In this document: positions 49,618-58,140 of the stretch, piece after piece
Layout: the number at the start of each line of letters is the position of its first letter
Numbering within the stretch: the stretch's first letter is position 1
Source: Ignavibacteriota bacterium
Lineage (GTDB): Bacteria; Bacteroidota; Ignavibacteria; UBA10030
Reading direction: 5' to 3'
Assembly: GCA_963701295.1 (NCBI GenBank)
Contig: OY969585.1
Coordinates: 1,888,001 to 1,952,000 of the forward strand
DNA length: 64,000 bases
Made by a program: the position numbers and the translations under genes
Notes under the pieces: model-generated
Told to the model about the DNA's origin: nothing
Database searches by the model: none
What the model saw: the letters and a program-made list of their open reading frames with translations, nothing else

Positions 49618-50446
49618 GGTAATTAGGTAAGAATGTAACCATAGAATAATTGTAAGTATATTATTTTATGGCAAGTTCCAGTAAAATCAGTTACCATGAC
49701 AACTTTTTGAGTGGAAAGAAGTGTGTGTATTGTGGATCGTTCAACGTCTGTCGAACGAAACGCGGCTACGTAAAATGCAACAAGTGTCAAAGACAAAAAG
49801 GAAGTCATCTTCTTCGGCGAGAGTTGAAAATCATTCTTGGTTTTTATCAACAGCAACCGGCGTATCGATTGGCAAATGATCTTGGAATAAATTATAAAAC
49901 TGTTACCAGAGTCTATCAGCGCATTCGAGAAGCGATTTATCATGTGAGCGAACTTGAAGCTGGCAAGCTCAAAGGAGAAATAGAATTGGACGAAGCGTAT
50001 TTTGGTGGTCGTCGCAAAGGCAAACGAGGACGCGGTGCAGGCGGAAAAAGTATCGTTTTTGGGCTTCTGGAGCGCAATGGACGGGTCTATACTAAGATTG
50101 TTGATTCTGTCTCGGCCAATGAATTGATGGATCATATTCGACAACATACCAAGAAAGGATCGGTCTACTTCACGGACACCTTTCGTAGTTATCGCTCCTT
50201 GAAACGCTTTGGAAAACATCATACCATTAGTCATGGAAAGAAATTTCCGAAAACAAAGAATCATATTAATGGTATTGAAGGATTTTGGTCTTTTGCTAAA
50301 CATGTCTTATATAATTATCGCGGTGTTTCAAAATATCATTTTCCTATGTATCTTAAAGAAGTTGAATATCGTTTTAACCATCGCGATGACAATTTGTTGA
50401 AACTCTTTACTCTAATCTATTTCGGTTACGTTTCTACCTAATTACC
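49618..50446 (+). mobile_element. IS1595-family insertion sequence (IS1016-like), 829 bp
   Basis: 23-bp TIRs, 20/23 matching (GGTAATTAGGTA...GTAACC); 8-bp TSD ATTATAAA at 49610 and 50447. Confidence 0.95.
49668..50441 (+). CDS. IS1595-family DDE transposase
   Basis: CxxC...CxxC, ELDEAYFGG, GKRGRG, YFTD, NGIEGFW, YRFN. Confidence 0.95.
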   Translation: MASSSKISYHDNFLSGKKCVYCGSFNVCRTKRGYVKCNKCQRQKGSHLLRRELKIILGFYQQQPAYRLANDLGINYKTVTRVYQRIREAIYHVSELEAGKLKGEIELDEAYFGGRRKGKRGRGAGGKSIVFGLLERNGRVYTKIVDSVSANELMDHIRQHTKKGSVYFTDTFRSYRSLKRFGKHHTISHGKKFPKTKNHINGIEGFWSFAKHVLYNYRGVSKYHFPMYLKEVEYRFNHRDDNLLKLFTLIYFGYVST

Positions 50447-50539
50447 ATTATAAATTATGATTGATTTTTAAAATATCCCGTATTGTAAAATATTGTGGAA
50501 ATTCACTAAATCATCAAATTACTAAATTGAAAATCGAAC

Positions 50540-51481
50540 ATGATTAATCATCATAAAGTTATCATTATCGGATCCGGACCTGCCGGACTCACTGCCGCTC
50601 TGTACGCAGGACGTGCTAATCTTGCTCCGCTCGTTTTTGAGGGACAACAACCCGGTGGACAATTGACAATTACCACAGATGTCGAAAACTATCCCGGATT
50701 TCCTGAAGGTGTGCAAGGTCCCGAACTGATGGATATTTTGCGCAAACAGGCACAACGGTTCCATGCTGAGACTGCATTCAAGTCTGTGGAGTCAGTTGAT
50801 TTTTCAAAACGCCCGTTCAAAGTGATTGCTGATGGTGGAGAATATTTTGCCGATGCACTCATCATCGCAACTGGAGCTTCTGCAAAGTGGATGAATATTC
50901 CATCGGAGGAAGAATATAAGGGATACGGAATATCTGCATGTGCAACGTGTGATGGGTTCTTTTTCCGGAATCAACATGTCGCTGTGGTAGGTGGGGGAGA
51001 TACAGCGCTCGAAGAAGCTTCCTACCTCACCAATCATGCTTCCAAGGTCACGATCATTCATCGCCGGAATGAGCTTCGCGCCTCCAAAGCGATGCAGGAA
51101 CGTGTGAAGAAAAATCCGAAGATAGATTTCATTTGGGATTCTGTCGTAGAAGCGGTAATTGGAATAAAAAATGCAGCTCCAAAGAAAATGACCGGACTGA
51201 AGCTCAGGAATGTGAAAACAGGCTCGATAACCGAATTCAAGTGCGACGGATTATTTCTTGGAATCGGGCACGAGCCAAATACAGCGCTCTTTAAAGGTGT
51301 TTTAGACATGGATAGTGTTGGATATCTGAAGACCAAACCATATGGAACAGCAACGAACATTCCTGGTGTGTTTGCTGCAGGAGATGTCGCCGACTCGAAA
51401 TATCGGCAAGCCATCAGCGCAGCCGGTACCGGTTGCATGGCAGCAATCGACGCAGAACGGTTTCTTGCTGAACATGAATAA
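50540..51481 (+). CDS. trxB: Thioredoxin reductase
   Basis: GSGPAG, CATCDG, GGGDTA, FAAGD. Confidence 0.97.
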   Translation: MINHHKVIIIGSGPAGLTAALYAGRANLAPLVFEGQQPGGQLTITTDVENYPGFPEGVQGPELMDILRKQAQRFHAETAFKSVESVDFSKRPFKVIADGGEYFADALIIATGASAKWMNIPSEEEYKGYGISACATCDGFFFRNQHVAVVGGGDTALEEASYLTNHASKVTIIHRRNELRASKAMQERVKKNPKIDFIWDSVVEAVIGIKNAAPKKMTGLKLRNVKTGSITEFKCDGLFLGIGHEPNTALFKGVLDMDSVGYLKTKPYGTATNIPGVFAAGDVADSKYRQAISAAGTGCMAAIDAERFLAEHE

Positions 51482-51501
51482 TAGAAATTAAAAAAATCAA
51501 A

Positions 51502-51906
51502 ATGGATATAAACCTAACGACCCCTGCGCTCCTTTTCCCGGCAATATCGCTTTTATTGTTAGCTTATACCAGCCGCTTTCTTGCGCTCGCAGCATTAATG
51601 CGCGAACTCCACGTTCGGTACAAAACCCAACCTGATCCACGCATCAAAGGACAAATAACAAGTTTGCGTTATCGTATTGGGATCATCCGCAACATGCAAA
51701 TATGGGGCGTAGCCAGCTTTGTCGGGTGCGTGCTGTGTATGATTGTACTGTTCGCCGGTTTGTTGACGTTGGCGAAGTGGATTTTTGTCGGCAGTCTGTT
51801 AATGCTACTCCTTTCGCTAGGAATTTCATTACGTGAAGTTCAAGTTTCAATTGATGCTTTAACACTTCAGATGCATGATTTGGACGGAGATGATGCGGGA
51901 AAGTAG
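51502..51906 (+). CDS. DUF2721-like membrane protein
   Basis: TTPALLFPAISLLLLAYTSRF; 3 TM helices. Confidence 0.8.
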   Translation: MDINLTTPALLFPAISLLLLAYTSRFLALAALMRELHVRYKTQPDPRIKGQITSLRYRIGIIRNMQIWGVASFVGCVLCMIVLFAGLLTLAKWIFVGSLLMLLLSLGISLREVQVSIDALTLQMHDLDGDDAGK

Positions 51907-52224
51907 GTATTTGTTTCATTAAATCATCAATCTGAGGCTGGTCTTCGTGTATGTTTTGAGAAATGCCCTTTTTACAATCTTCCTAACTTTGATTGACTTT
52001 CCGCCCTCTATTTCATAATATATTATACTATAACAAGTTACGCTGTGCCTAAGGTGCATCAGTCTCTGGCTGATGTAGAGAGAGAAGTACTATGAAGATA
52101 TACTTATAGTAAGAAAAGTTCATGAGTAATTTTTGGAAGTTTGTACTCTTCAAGAAAGGATAAGGAGAAAACAGAGATTGGCGAAGTGAAATAACTTCGA
52201 TCTTTATCAATTTCCTACAAAATT

Positions 52225-53127
52225 ATGTCTAAAACTGCAAAATGGATCATTGGCATTATTGCCGTTCTTGTATTGATAGTCGGCCTGTTTGTTCTAACGT
52301 TGGTTTCATGGATGTTCTCCGATGAAAGCGATGAGACGGCCACAACCGGCGGGGAGAAGATTGCGGTCGTCGAACTCAAAGAACCGATTGTTTCTTCGGA
52401 AGAAATAGTACGCCAGTTCAAGAAATACCGTGAAAATAAATCGGTGCGAGCAATTGTGTTCCGCGTTGAATCACCAGGTGGCGGCGTGGCAGCAAGCCAA
52501 GAAATTTATGAGGAAGTAAAGAAGACGCGTGATGCCGGTAGACCTGTGGTTGTCTCGATGGGCTCGGTAGCAGCAAGCGGCGGTTATTATGTCTCATGCG
52601 GCGCGACAAAGATTGTAGCAAATCCCGGAACACTGACGGGAAGCATCGGCGTCATTTTTCAATTCATGCACTTCAATCAGTTGATGGATAAAATTGGCAT
52701 TGATGCAACCACGATAAAAACAGGGAAGTTCAAGGATTCGGGTTCGCCTTTCCGTAAAACGACTGAAGAAGAGAAGCAATATTTTAACTTGCTCATCGGC
52801 GATGTCTATGACCAATTTGTCGATGTCGTAGCGGATGAGCGAGGGCTTGATCGAAAGGAAGTACTGAAGTACGCCGATGGCCGTGTGTTCACCGGACGAC
52901 AAGCGTTGGAATATGGATTTGTCGATACACTAGGGACCATGGAAGATGCTGTGAGCATTGCGGCAGAATTAGGTGGCATTCATGGCAAACCGAAAATAGT
53001 AAAAGAGAGTAAAAGAAAAACATTATTTGAAAAACTCATCGGTGATGCAGCTACTGAAGTGACAAAAATACGGCAAGAATTTTTACAGCAGCCGCTGTTG
53101 CAGTACCGATTCACATCTCCCAACTAA
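52225..53127 (+). CDS. sppA: Signal peptide peptidase SppA (36K type)
   Basis: SPGG, AASGGYY, TGSIGV, DGRVFTG. Confidence 0.93.
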   Translation: MSKTAKWIIGIIAVLVLIVGLFVLTLVSWMFSDESDETATTGGEKIAVVELKEPIVSSEEIVRQFKKYRENKSVRAIVFRVESPGGGVAASQEIYEEVKKTRDAGRPVVVSMGSVAASGGYYVSCGATKIVANPGTLTGSIGVIFQFMHFNQLMDKIGIDATTIKTGKFKDSGSPFRKTTEEEKQYFNLLIGDVYDQFVDVVADERGLDRKEVLKYADGRVFTGRQALEYGFVDTLGTMEDAVSIAAELGGIHGKPKIVKESKRKTLFEKLIGDAATEVTKIRQEFLQQPLLQYRFTSPN

Positions 53128-53144
53128 TTTTGTGAGGAGGCTTC

Positions 53145-53441
53145 GTGACCAAAGCAGATATTGTAGATGTCATTGCATCGGCAACAGGGTTGACGAAAGT
53201 AGAAACCGAAGCTGTGGTAGATGGATTTATTACAACGGTTATCGGTGCAATGAGGGATGGAAGGAATATTGAAATTCGTGGTTTCGGCAGCTTCAAAGTG
53301 AAGAAACGTAAGGGCAGAGTTGCCCGCAATCCGCGTACAGGTGCTCAGGTAATGGTGGATGAACATTTCGTTCCGACATTCAAGGTTTCAAAAGAAATGA
53401 AGCAAATTGTGAATGAGAATCTCAAGAAGGGGGTTTCATAG
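53145..53441 (+). CDS. HU/IHF family DNA-binding protein
   Basis: TKADIV, IRGFGSF, ARNPRTG. Confidence 0.93.
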   Translation: MTKADIVDVIASATGLTKVETEAVVDGFITTVIGAMRDGRNIEIRGFGSFKVKKRKGRVARNPRTGAQVMVDEHFVPTFKVSKEMKQIVNENLKKGVS

Positions 53442-54214
53442 TGGCGGGATTGAAGCCCAGAATTCTCTGTGCGCATTGTAGTGCGCCGCTTCAACCGGGA
53501 AATCAGTTCTGTTCTTCATGTGGTGTGGCAGTAGATTGGACAGAGGAAATCGCTTCCGGTTCCCCAATGAATTTACGAATGCAATCGACAAAGCTTGAAT
53601 TGCACGGAAAAAAATTACGATCGATAGAAGTATCGCCTTCTTGGTCGTTAAAATTGATCTTGGGTGTTGTTATCGTAGCTGCTTTAGTTGTTATTGGATA
53701 TGAGTTTTTTATTGAAAAGGGTTCAAATTCAGGATCAACCCAGCAAGTGGTTGCTCAACCGATGCCACTGACAGGTGAGATGGCTCAGAAGCAAGCAGAG
53801 ATTCAGGCATTAGAAAAAGACGTTGCTTCTCATCCGAACGATATGGCATTAACCCTGCAACTTGCCAATTTCATGCATGACGGATTATTATATGAAAGGG
53901 CAATTCCTTATTATAAAATGTTTCTTGCAAAAAATCCAAATAACGCTAATGCTCGCGTAGATTTGGGAATATGTTACAAGGAACTCGGCAATTTTTCAGA
54001 AGCAAAAAAGGAGATGAAGGAGGCGTTGAAGTATGTTCCCCAACATCTCCACGCGAATTTCAATATTGGAATTGTCTGCTTGAGCGAAGGCAATCTCCAT
54101 GAAGCAAACGAGTGGTTTAAAAAAACAGTTGCATTGGATCCTACAAGTGAAATCGGGAAACGAGCGCAGCAGCTTTTAACTCAACACAACTCACAAACAC
54201 CAATGACGAACTAA
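53441..54214 (+). CDS. Zinc-ribbon, TM and TPR protein
   Basis: CAHC...FCSSCG, TM helix, three TPR-like repeats. Confidence 0.8.
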   Translation: MAGLKPRILCAHCSAPLQPGNQFCSSCGVAVDWTEEIASGSPMNLRMQSTKLELHGKKLRSIEVSPSWSLKLILGVVIVAALVVIGYEFFIEKGSNSGSTQQVVAQPMPLTGEMAQKQAEIQALEKDVASHPNDMALTLQLANFMHDGLLYERAIPYYKMFLAKNPNNANARVDLGICYKELGNFSEAKKEMKEALKYVPQHLHANFNIGIVCLSEGNLHEANEWFKKTVALDPTSEIGKRAQQLLTQHNSQTPMTN

Positions 54215-54230
54215 CAGAAAGGAAATGCAT

Positions 54231-54326
54231 ATGCCATGTGGTCGTAAGCGAAAGCGACATAAAATGGCGACTCACAAGCGCAAGAAGCGTTTGCGGAAGC
54301 AGCGTCATAAGAAGAAGGTCCGTTAA
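54231..54326 (+). CDS. Small basic ribosomal protein bS22 / AURKAIP1-COX24-like (31 aa; absent from the ORF track)
   Basis: MPCGRKRKRHKMATHKRKKRLRKQRHKKKVR after AAAGGA. Confidence 0.88.
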   Translation: MPCGRKRKRHKMATHKRKKRLRKQRHKKKVR

Positions 54327-54472
54327 GTATCAATCCCTTTGCCTGTCGCTCGTATGTTTTGCGACAGGCAGGGTACGGATTGGCGCATGGTGAGTTACAG
54401 TGAGTTGAGAATTGAGTGAAGCAGAGTATAGTTGTTTTTTCTAAATAAATAACAAATAAACTGGAGGTTGTT

Positions 54473-54805
54473 ATGGCACAGGAAAATGACGGTATGGCGA
54501 AAGGGCTCATCGCAGGGTTTATTGCAGGCAGTGTTGTAGGTGCAGCAATTGCACTCTTGTATGCTCCCAAGGCTGGAAAGGAGCTACGCGCCGACATCAA
54601 AGAGAAGGCAGGCGACTTAATGGAAGATGCACAGGAATATATGGATCGTGCGAAATCGAGCGCAGTGGATATTGTGAACGAAGGAAAACGGAAAGCGAAC
54701 ACGCTTGTGGATGATGCTCGCCGTAAGGCAAACACCATACTTGGTGATGCCGACCGAGTAATCAACAATGCACGCAGCAAGACCGAAGGCACAAAGAATA
54801 CCTAA
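54473..54805 (+). CDS. YtxH domain protein
   Basis: GAAIALLYAPKAGKELR; RBS GGAGG. Confidence 0.88.
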   Translation: MAQENDGMAKGLIAGFIAGSVVGAAIALLYAPKAGKELRADIKEKAGDLMEDAQEYMDRAKSSAVDIVNEGKRKANTLVDDARRKANTILGDADRVINNARSKTEGTKNT

Positions 54806-54862
54806 GCCTCTATTAAAAATCTAAACAACTTAATTCATCGAACCCAGAAAAGGGAAACTCGA

Positions 54863-55258
54863 GTGGAAACATTATCTGAAATACTAAAATTAGTGTTGTT
54901 GTGCAGCGCTTCCGCGTTGTGCATCTATCTTATCATAGTGCTGGTTCGCTTCAAAGTATTCCTGCAAGTCTTGCAGATTGAATTGATCGATCTCAACAAG
55001 AATCTGAAGCCCATTCTCGAAAATCTCAACGCGGTAACAGACAAACTGCGTTTGATTACCACAAAAGTGGAAGATCAGGTCGATATAATCCATGGAGTGT
55101 TTCTTGCGTTCAGGCACATTACCGAAAACATTACGCGGCTTGAAGAACATTTTCAACAGCGTTTGGAAGAACCGCTGATGCGTGTGGGTGCAATGTTTGG
55201 CAATATCATCAACCGTGTTGCATCATTGTTTATGAGGCGTTCGCAGGATATTCTTTGA
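54863..55258 (+). CDS. DUF948/YoxC-like membrane coiled-coil protein
   Basis: N-terminal TM plus amphipathic helices; adjacent to ytxH. Confidence 0.6.
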   Translation: METLSEILKLVLLCSASALCIYLIIVLVRFKVFLQVLQIELIDLNKNLKPILENLNAVTDKLRLITTKVEDQVDIIHGVFLAFRHITENITRLEEHFQQRLEEPLMRVGAMFGNIINRVASLFMRRSQDIL

Positions 55259-55335
55259 TGCACCGCTGAAGAAGAAATCTATGCTGGCGGTGGATGCCCA
55301 CCGTCGGTGTCATTTTACCTCAAGGAGATACTATT

Positions 55336-57444
55336 GTGTCAAAAGCGATAAGTAAAGAATATACCATTGATAAAATCCGTAATATTGCAGTTGTCGGTCA
55401 TGGCGGTTCCGGGAAAACGACGTTGACCGAGTCGTTGATGTTTGTGGCGGGAGCCGCTACGCGAATAGGACGCGTCGAAGATGGTTCAACGATTTCTGAT
55501 TATCATGTAGATGAAATCGAACGTAAGATTTCTATTAATGCGGCAGTACTGCACGCCGATTGGCAGGGAACAAAAATAAATATTCTCGATACACCGGGAT
55601 ATTCAGATTTCACTGGCGAAGTACTCAGTTCTCTCCATGTAACCGATCTTGCTGTCGTGATGTTGAAGGCGGTGGAAGGTGTCGAAGTTGGTACGGAAAT
55701 TGTTTGGAACTATACCAAATCCTTACATATACCAGCCCTCCTTGTTGTGAATAAGCTTGATAATGAAAATGCTGAGTTCGATCATGCGGTCGCAACAGCG
55801 AAAGATCGATTTGGCCATGATGCTGTGATCGTTCAATTCCCTGTGAATCAAGGACTTCCGTTCGATACTGTAGTGGATGTCTTAAAAATGAAGGTGCTGA
55901 AGTTTAATCGTGAAGGCAGCGGCAAATTCACAGAAAGCGATATTCCTGCCGACTTGAAGGAGAAAGCTGGGCAGCTCCACGAAGAGTTGATTGAGAAAAT
56001 CGCAGAAACCGATGAAGCATTGATGAACAAATTTTTTGAAGATGGCACGTTGAAAGATGCCGATCTCGAAAATGGCTTCCGCTTTGCGCTGTTGAATAGA
56101 AAAATATTCCCTATCTATTGCATTGCCGCTTCACTTGGCGTCGGCACGAGTCCGTTGATGAGTTTCATAACAACATATGGGCCATCGCCAAAGGATCGGG
56201 GCAAGGTTAAGGCAATAAATCCGAATGATAAAAAAGAAATTGAAGTAGAACCCGATGGAGCAAAGGAACCATCGTTCTTTGTCTTCAAAACAGTTTCGGA
56301 AGAGCACGTTGGCGAGTTGTCGTTCTTCCGCGTGTACTCCGGTACCATCACTGCAGGATTGGATCTTGTCAATCAATCTAACGGCAAAAGTGAACGCCTC
56401 GGACAGCTTTTCGTGATGAATGGAAAAGAGAGAACCGAAATTACAAAACTTATCGCCGGTGATATCGGCGCTGCGGTGAAGTTGAAGGACACACACACGA
56501 ACAATACACTCAGCGGCCGGGCGTTCCCGGTTTTGTACGCACCGATTAATTTTCCGGATCCTGTCATTCGTATGGCGATTCATTCCAGATCGAAAGGAGA
56601 TGAAGATCGCATGGCGAACGGATTGCATTCCTTGCACGAAGAGGATCCGACATTTGTCATCACGGTAGATGGCCAGCTTAGTCAGACGGTGATAGCTGGA
56701 CAGGGCGAACTCCATCTGCTCATCGTCACCAAACGTCTCAAGCTGAAATATGGTGTGGAAGTTGATCTCACGGAACCAAAGATTCCCTACAAGGAAGCGA
56801 TTCGTGCAACAGCGCCAGATGTGGAATACAAACACAAGAAACAAACTGGCGGGCGGGGACAGTACGGACATGTACACATTAAAATTGAACCGAGGCCGCG
56901 GGGTGCAGGATTTAAATTTGAAGATGCCATTGTTGGAGGTGTAGTGCCTGGCCGTTTTGTTCCGGCAGTTGAAAAAGGTGTTATCGAAACGATGCTGCGC
57001 GGTGTGCTTGCCGGCTATGAAGTGGTAGACGTGAAAGTAACGATCTTCGATGGTTCCTACCATGCAGTGGATTCTGACGAGCATTCATTCAAGATTGCCG
57101 GTGCGATGGCGTTCAGAAAAGGAATCATGGAAGCGAAGCCTGTTCTTCTGGAGCCAATTAATATTATTGAAGTAATAGTGCCTGATGAATACATGGGTGA
57201 TGTGATGGGTGATCTCTCCGGGCGCCGCGGGAAGATTCAAGGTATGGAAGCTGAAGGGCATTTCCAGAAAATCAAAGCAAGTGTACCGATGTCGGAGATT
57301 CATAAGTACTCTACGATTCTTCGTTCGATGACACAAGGCCGTGGAGTCTATAAGACGAGATTCTCACATTATGACGAGATGCCGCGCGAGGCAGCAGAGA
57401 AGGTAATCGCTGCAAGCGAGAAGGCGAAAGTAGAAGAAGAATAA
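55336..57444 (+). CDS. Elongation factor G paralog (EF-G2/FusA2-like)
   Basis: GHGGSGKT, RKISI, DTPGY, KKQTGGRGQYG; GTG after AAGGAG; not in a str operon. Confidence 0.9.
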   Translation: MSKAISKEYTIDKIRNIAVVGHGGSGKTTLTESLMFVAGAATRIGRVEDGSTISDYHVDEIERKISINAAVLHADWQGTKINILDTPGYSDFTGEVLSSLHVTDLAVVMLKAVEGVEVGTEIVWNYTKSLHIPALLVVNKLDNENAEFDHAVATAKDRFGHDAVIVQFPVNQGLPFDTVVDVLKMKVLKFNREGSGKFTESDIPADLKEKAGQLHEELIEKIAETDEALMNKFFEDGTLKDADLENGFRFALLNRKIFPIYCIAASLGVGTSPLMSFITTYGPSPKDRGKVKAINPNDKKEIEVEPDGAKEPSFFVFKTVSEEHVGELSFFRVYSGTITAGLDLVNQSNGKSERLGQLFVMNGKERTEITKLIAGDIGAAVKLKDTHTNNTLSGRAFPVLYAPINFPDPVIRMAIHSRSKGDEDRMANGLHSLHEEDPTFVITVDGQLSQTVIAGQGELHLLIVTKRLKLKYGVEVDLTEPKIPYKEAIRATAPDVEYKHKKQTGGRGQYGHVHIKIEPRPRGAGFKFEDAIVGGVVPGRFVPAVEKGVIETMLRGVLAGYEVVDVKVTIFDGSYHAVDSDEHSFKIAGAMAFRKGIMEAKPVLLEPINIIEVIVPDEYMGDVMGDLSGRRGKIQGMEAEGHFQKIKASVPMSEIHKYSTILRSMTQGRGVYKTRFSHYDEMPREAAEKVIAASEKAKVEEE

Positions 57445-57538
57445 TTTCTTTTGTAATCTTCCGAAGGTTCCCTCTTCAGCGCCCTGCCCGACAGTGGGGC
57501 GTTTTGTTTATTCTCCTTGTTATGAGCTTAAGAGTAAT

Positions 57539-57916
57539 TTATGAGGCAGGTTTAATTTTGAGAATTGAGTTGACTTTTTGGAGCAGTTCTTCGAGAGTGA
57601 ATCCTTTTGTAAGATATTCTATCGCCGCGCCGGTTTTCCATTCCTTGTCTGATTGAGCGTAATGAGTCATAATGATAACAGGGATATTGGAAGTCTCCGG
57701 AAATTCCTTCAATGTCTCTAACATAAGGAAACCGTTTACATTATCCATAACGACGTCGCTTATAATTAAATCAGGAACTTCTTGTTTCGCAAGTTCCAAT
57801 CCTCTGAGTCCATCTTCGGCTTCCAGTGTTTCAAATCCGCCTTTCAATTTGAGAGCAATAGAAATGGATTTGCGTACTGCTTCATCATCATCAACCACGA
57901 GTATCTTTTTTCCCAT
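57539..57916 (-). CDS. Single-domain response regulator
   Basis: ILVVDDD, DLIISDVVM, LTKG. Confidence 0.88.
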   Translation of the reverse strand: MGKKILVVDDDEAVRKSISIALKLKGGFETLEAEDGLRGLELAKQEVPDLIISDVVMDNVNGFLMLETLKEFPETSNIPVIIMTHYAQSDKEWKTGAAIEYLTKGFTLEELLQKVNSILKIKPAS

Positions 57917-58140
57917 CTGACAAATTCCTTTTTATAATAGTTACTTTAACCTACAAAGTTCCTATTATAAATACAATAGGATATTGTCTGATTTAAAGTC
58001 TGCCGTTTTGGAATGTACTCTATTTAGAGAGATTTTGAGCTTTTCCTACAATCTTTGAAATGAATCTAATTTATTGTGATTGAAGTCACGAAGAACATTG
58101 TTTTCCCGTCTCCTCATTTTTCTGTATCTTACTTTCACGT

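Noticed and set aside
49623-50303. 226-aa antisense ORF in the IS
   Set aside because: Shadow of the transposase with no motifs.
54211-54792. 193-aa minus-strand ORF
   Set aside because: Antisense to the bS22-like and ytxH genes.
56131-57084. 317-aa minus-strand ORF
   Set aside because: Antisense shadow of the EF-G paralog with no recognisable domain.
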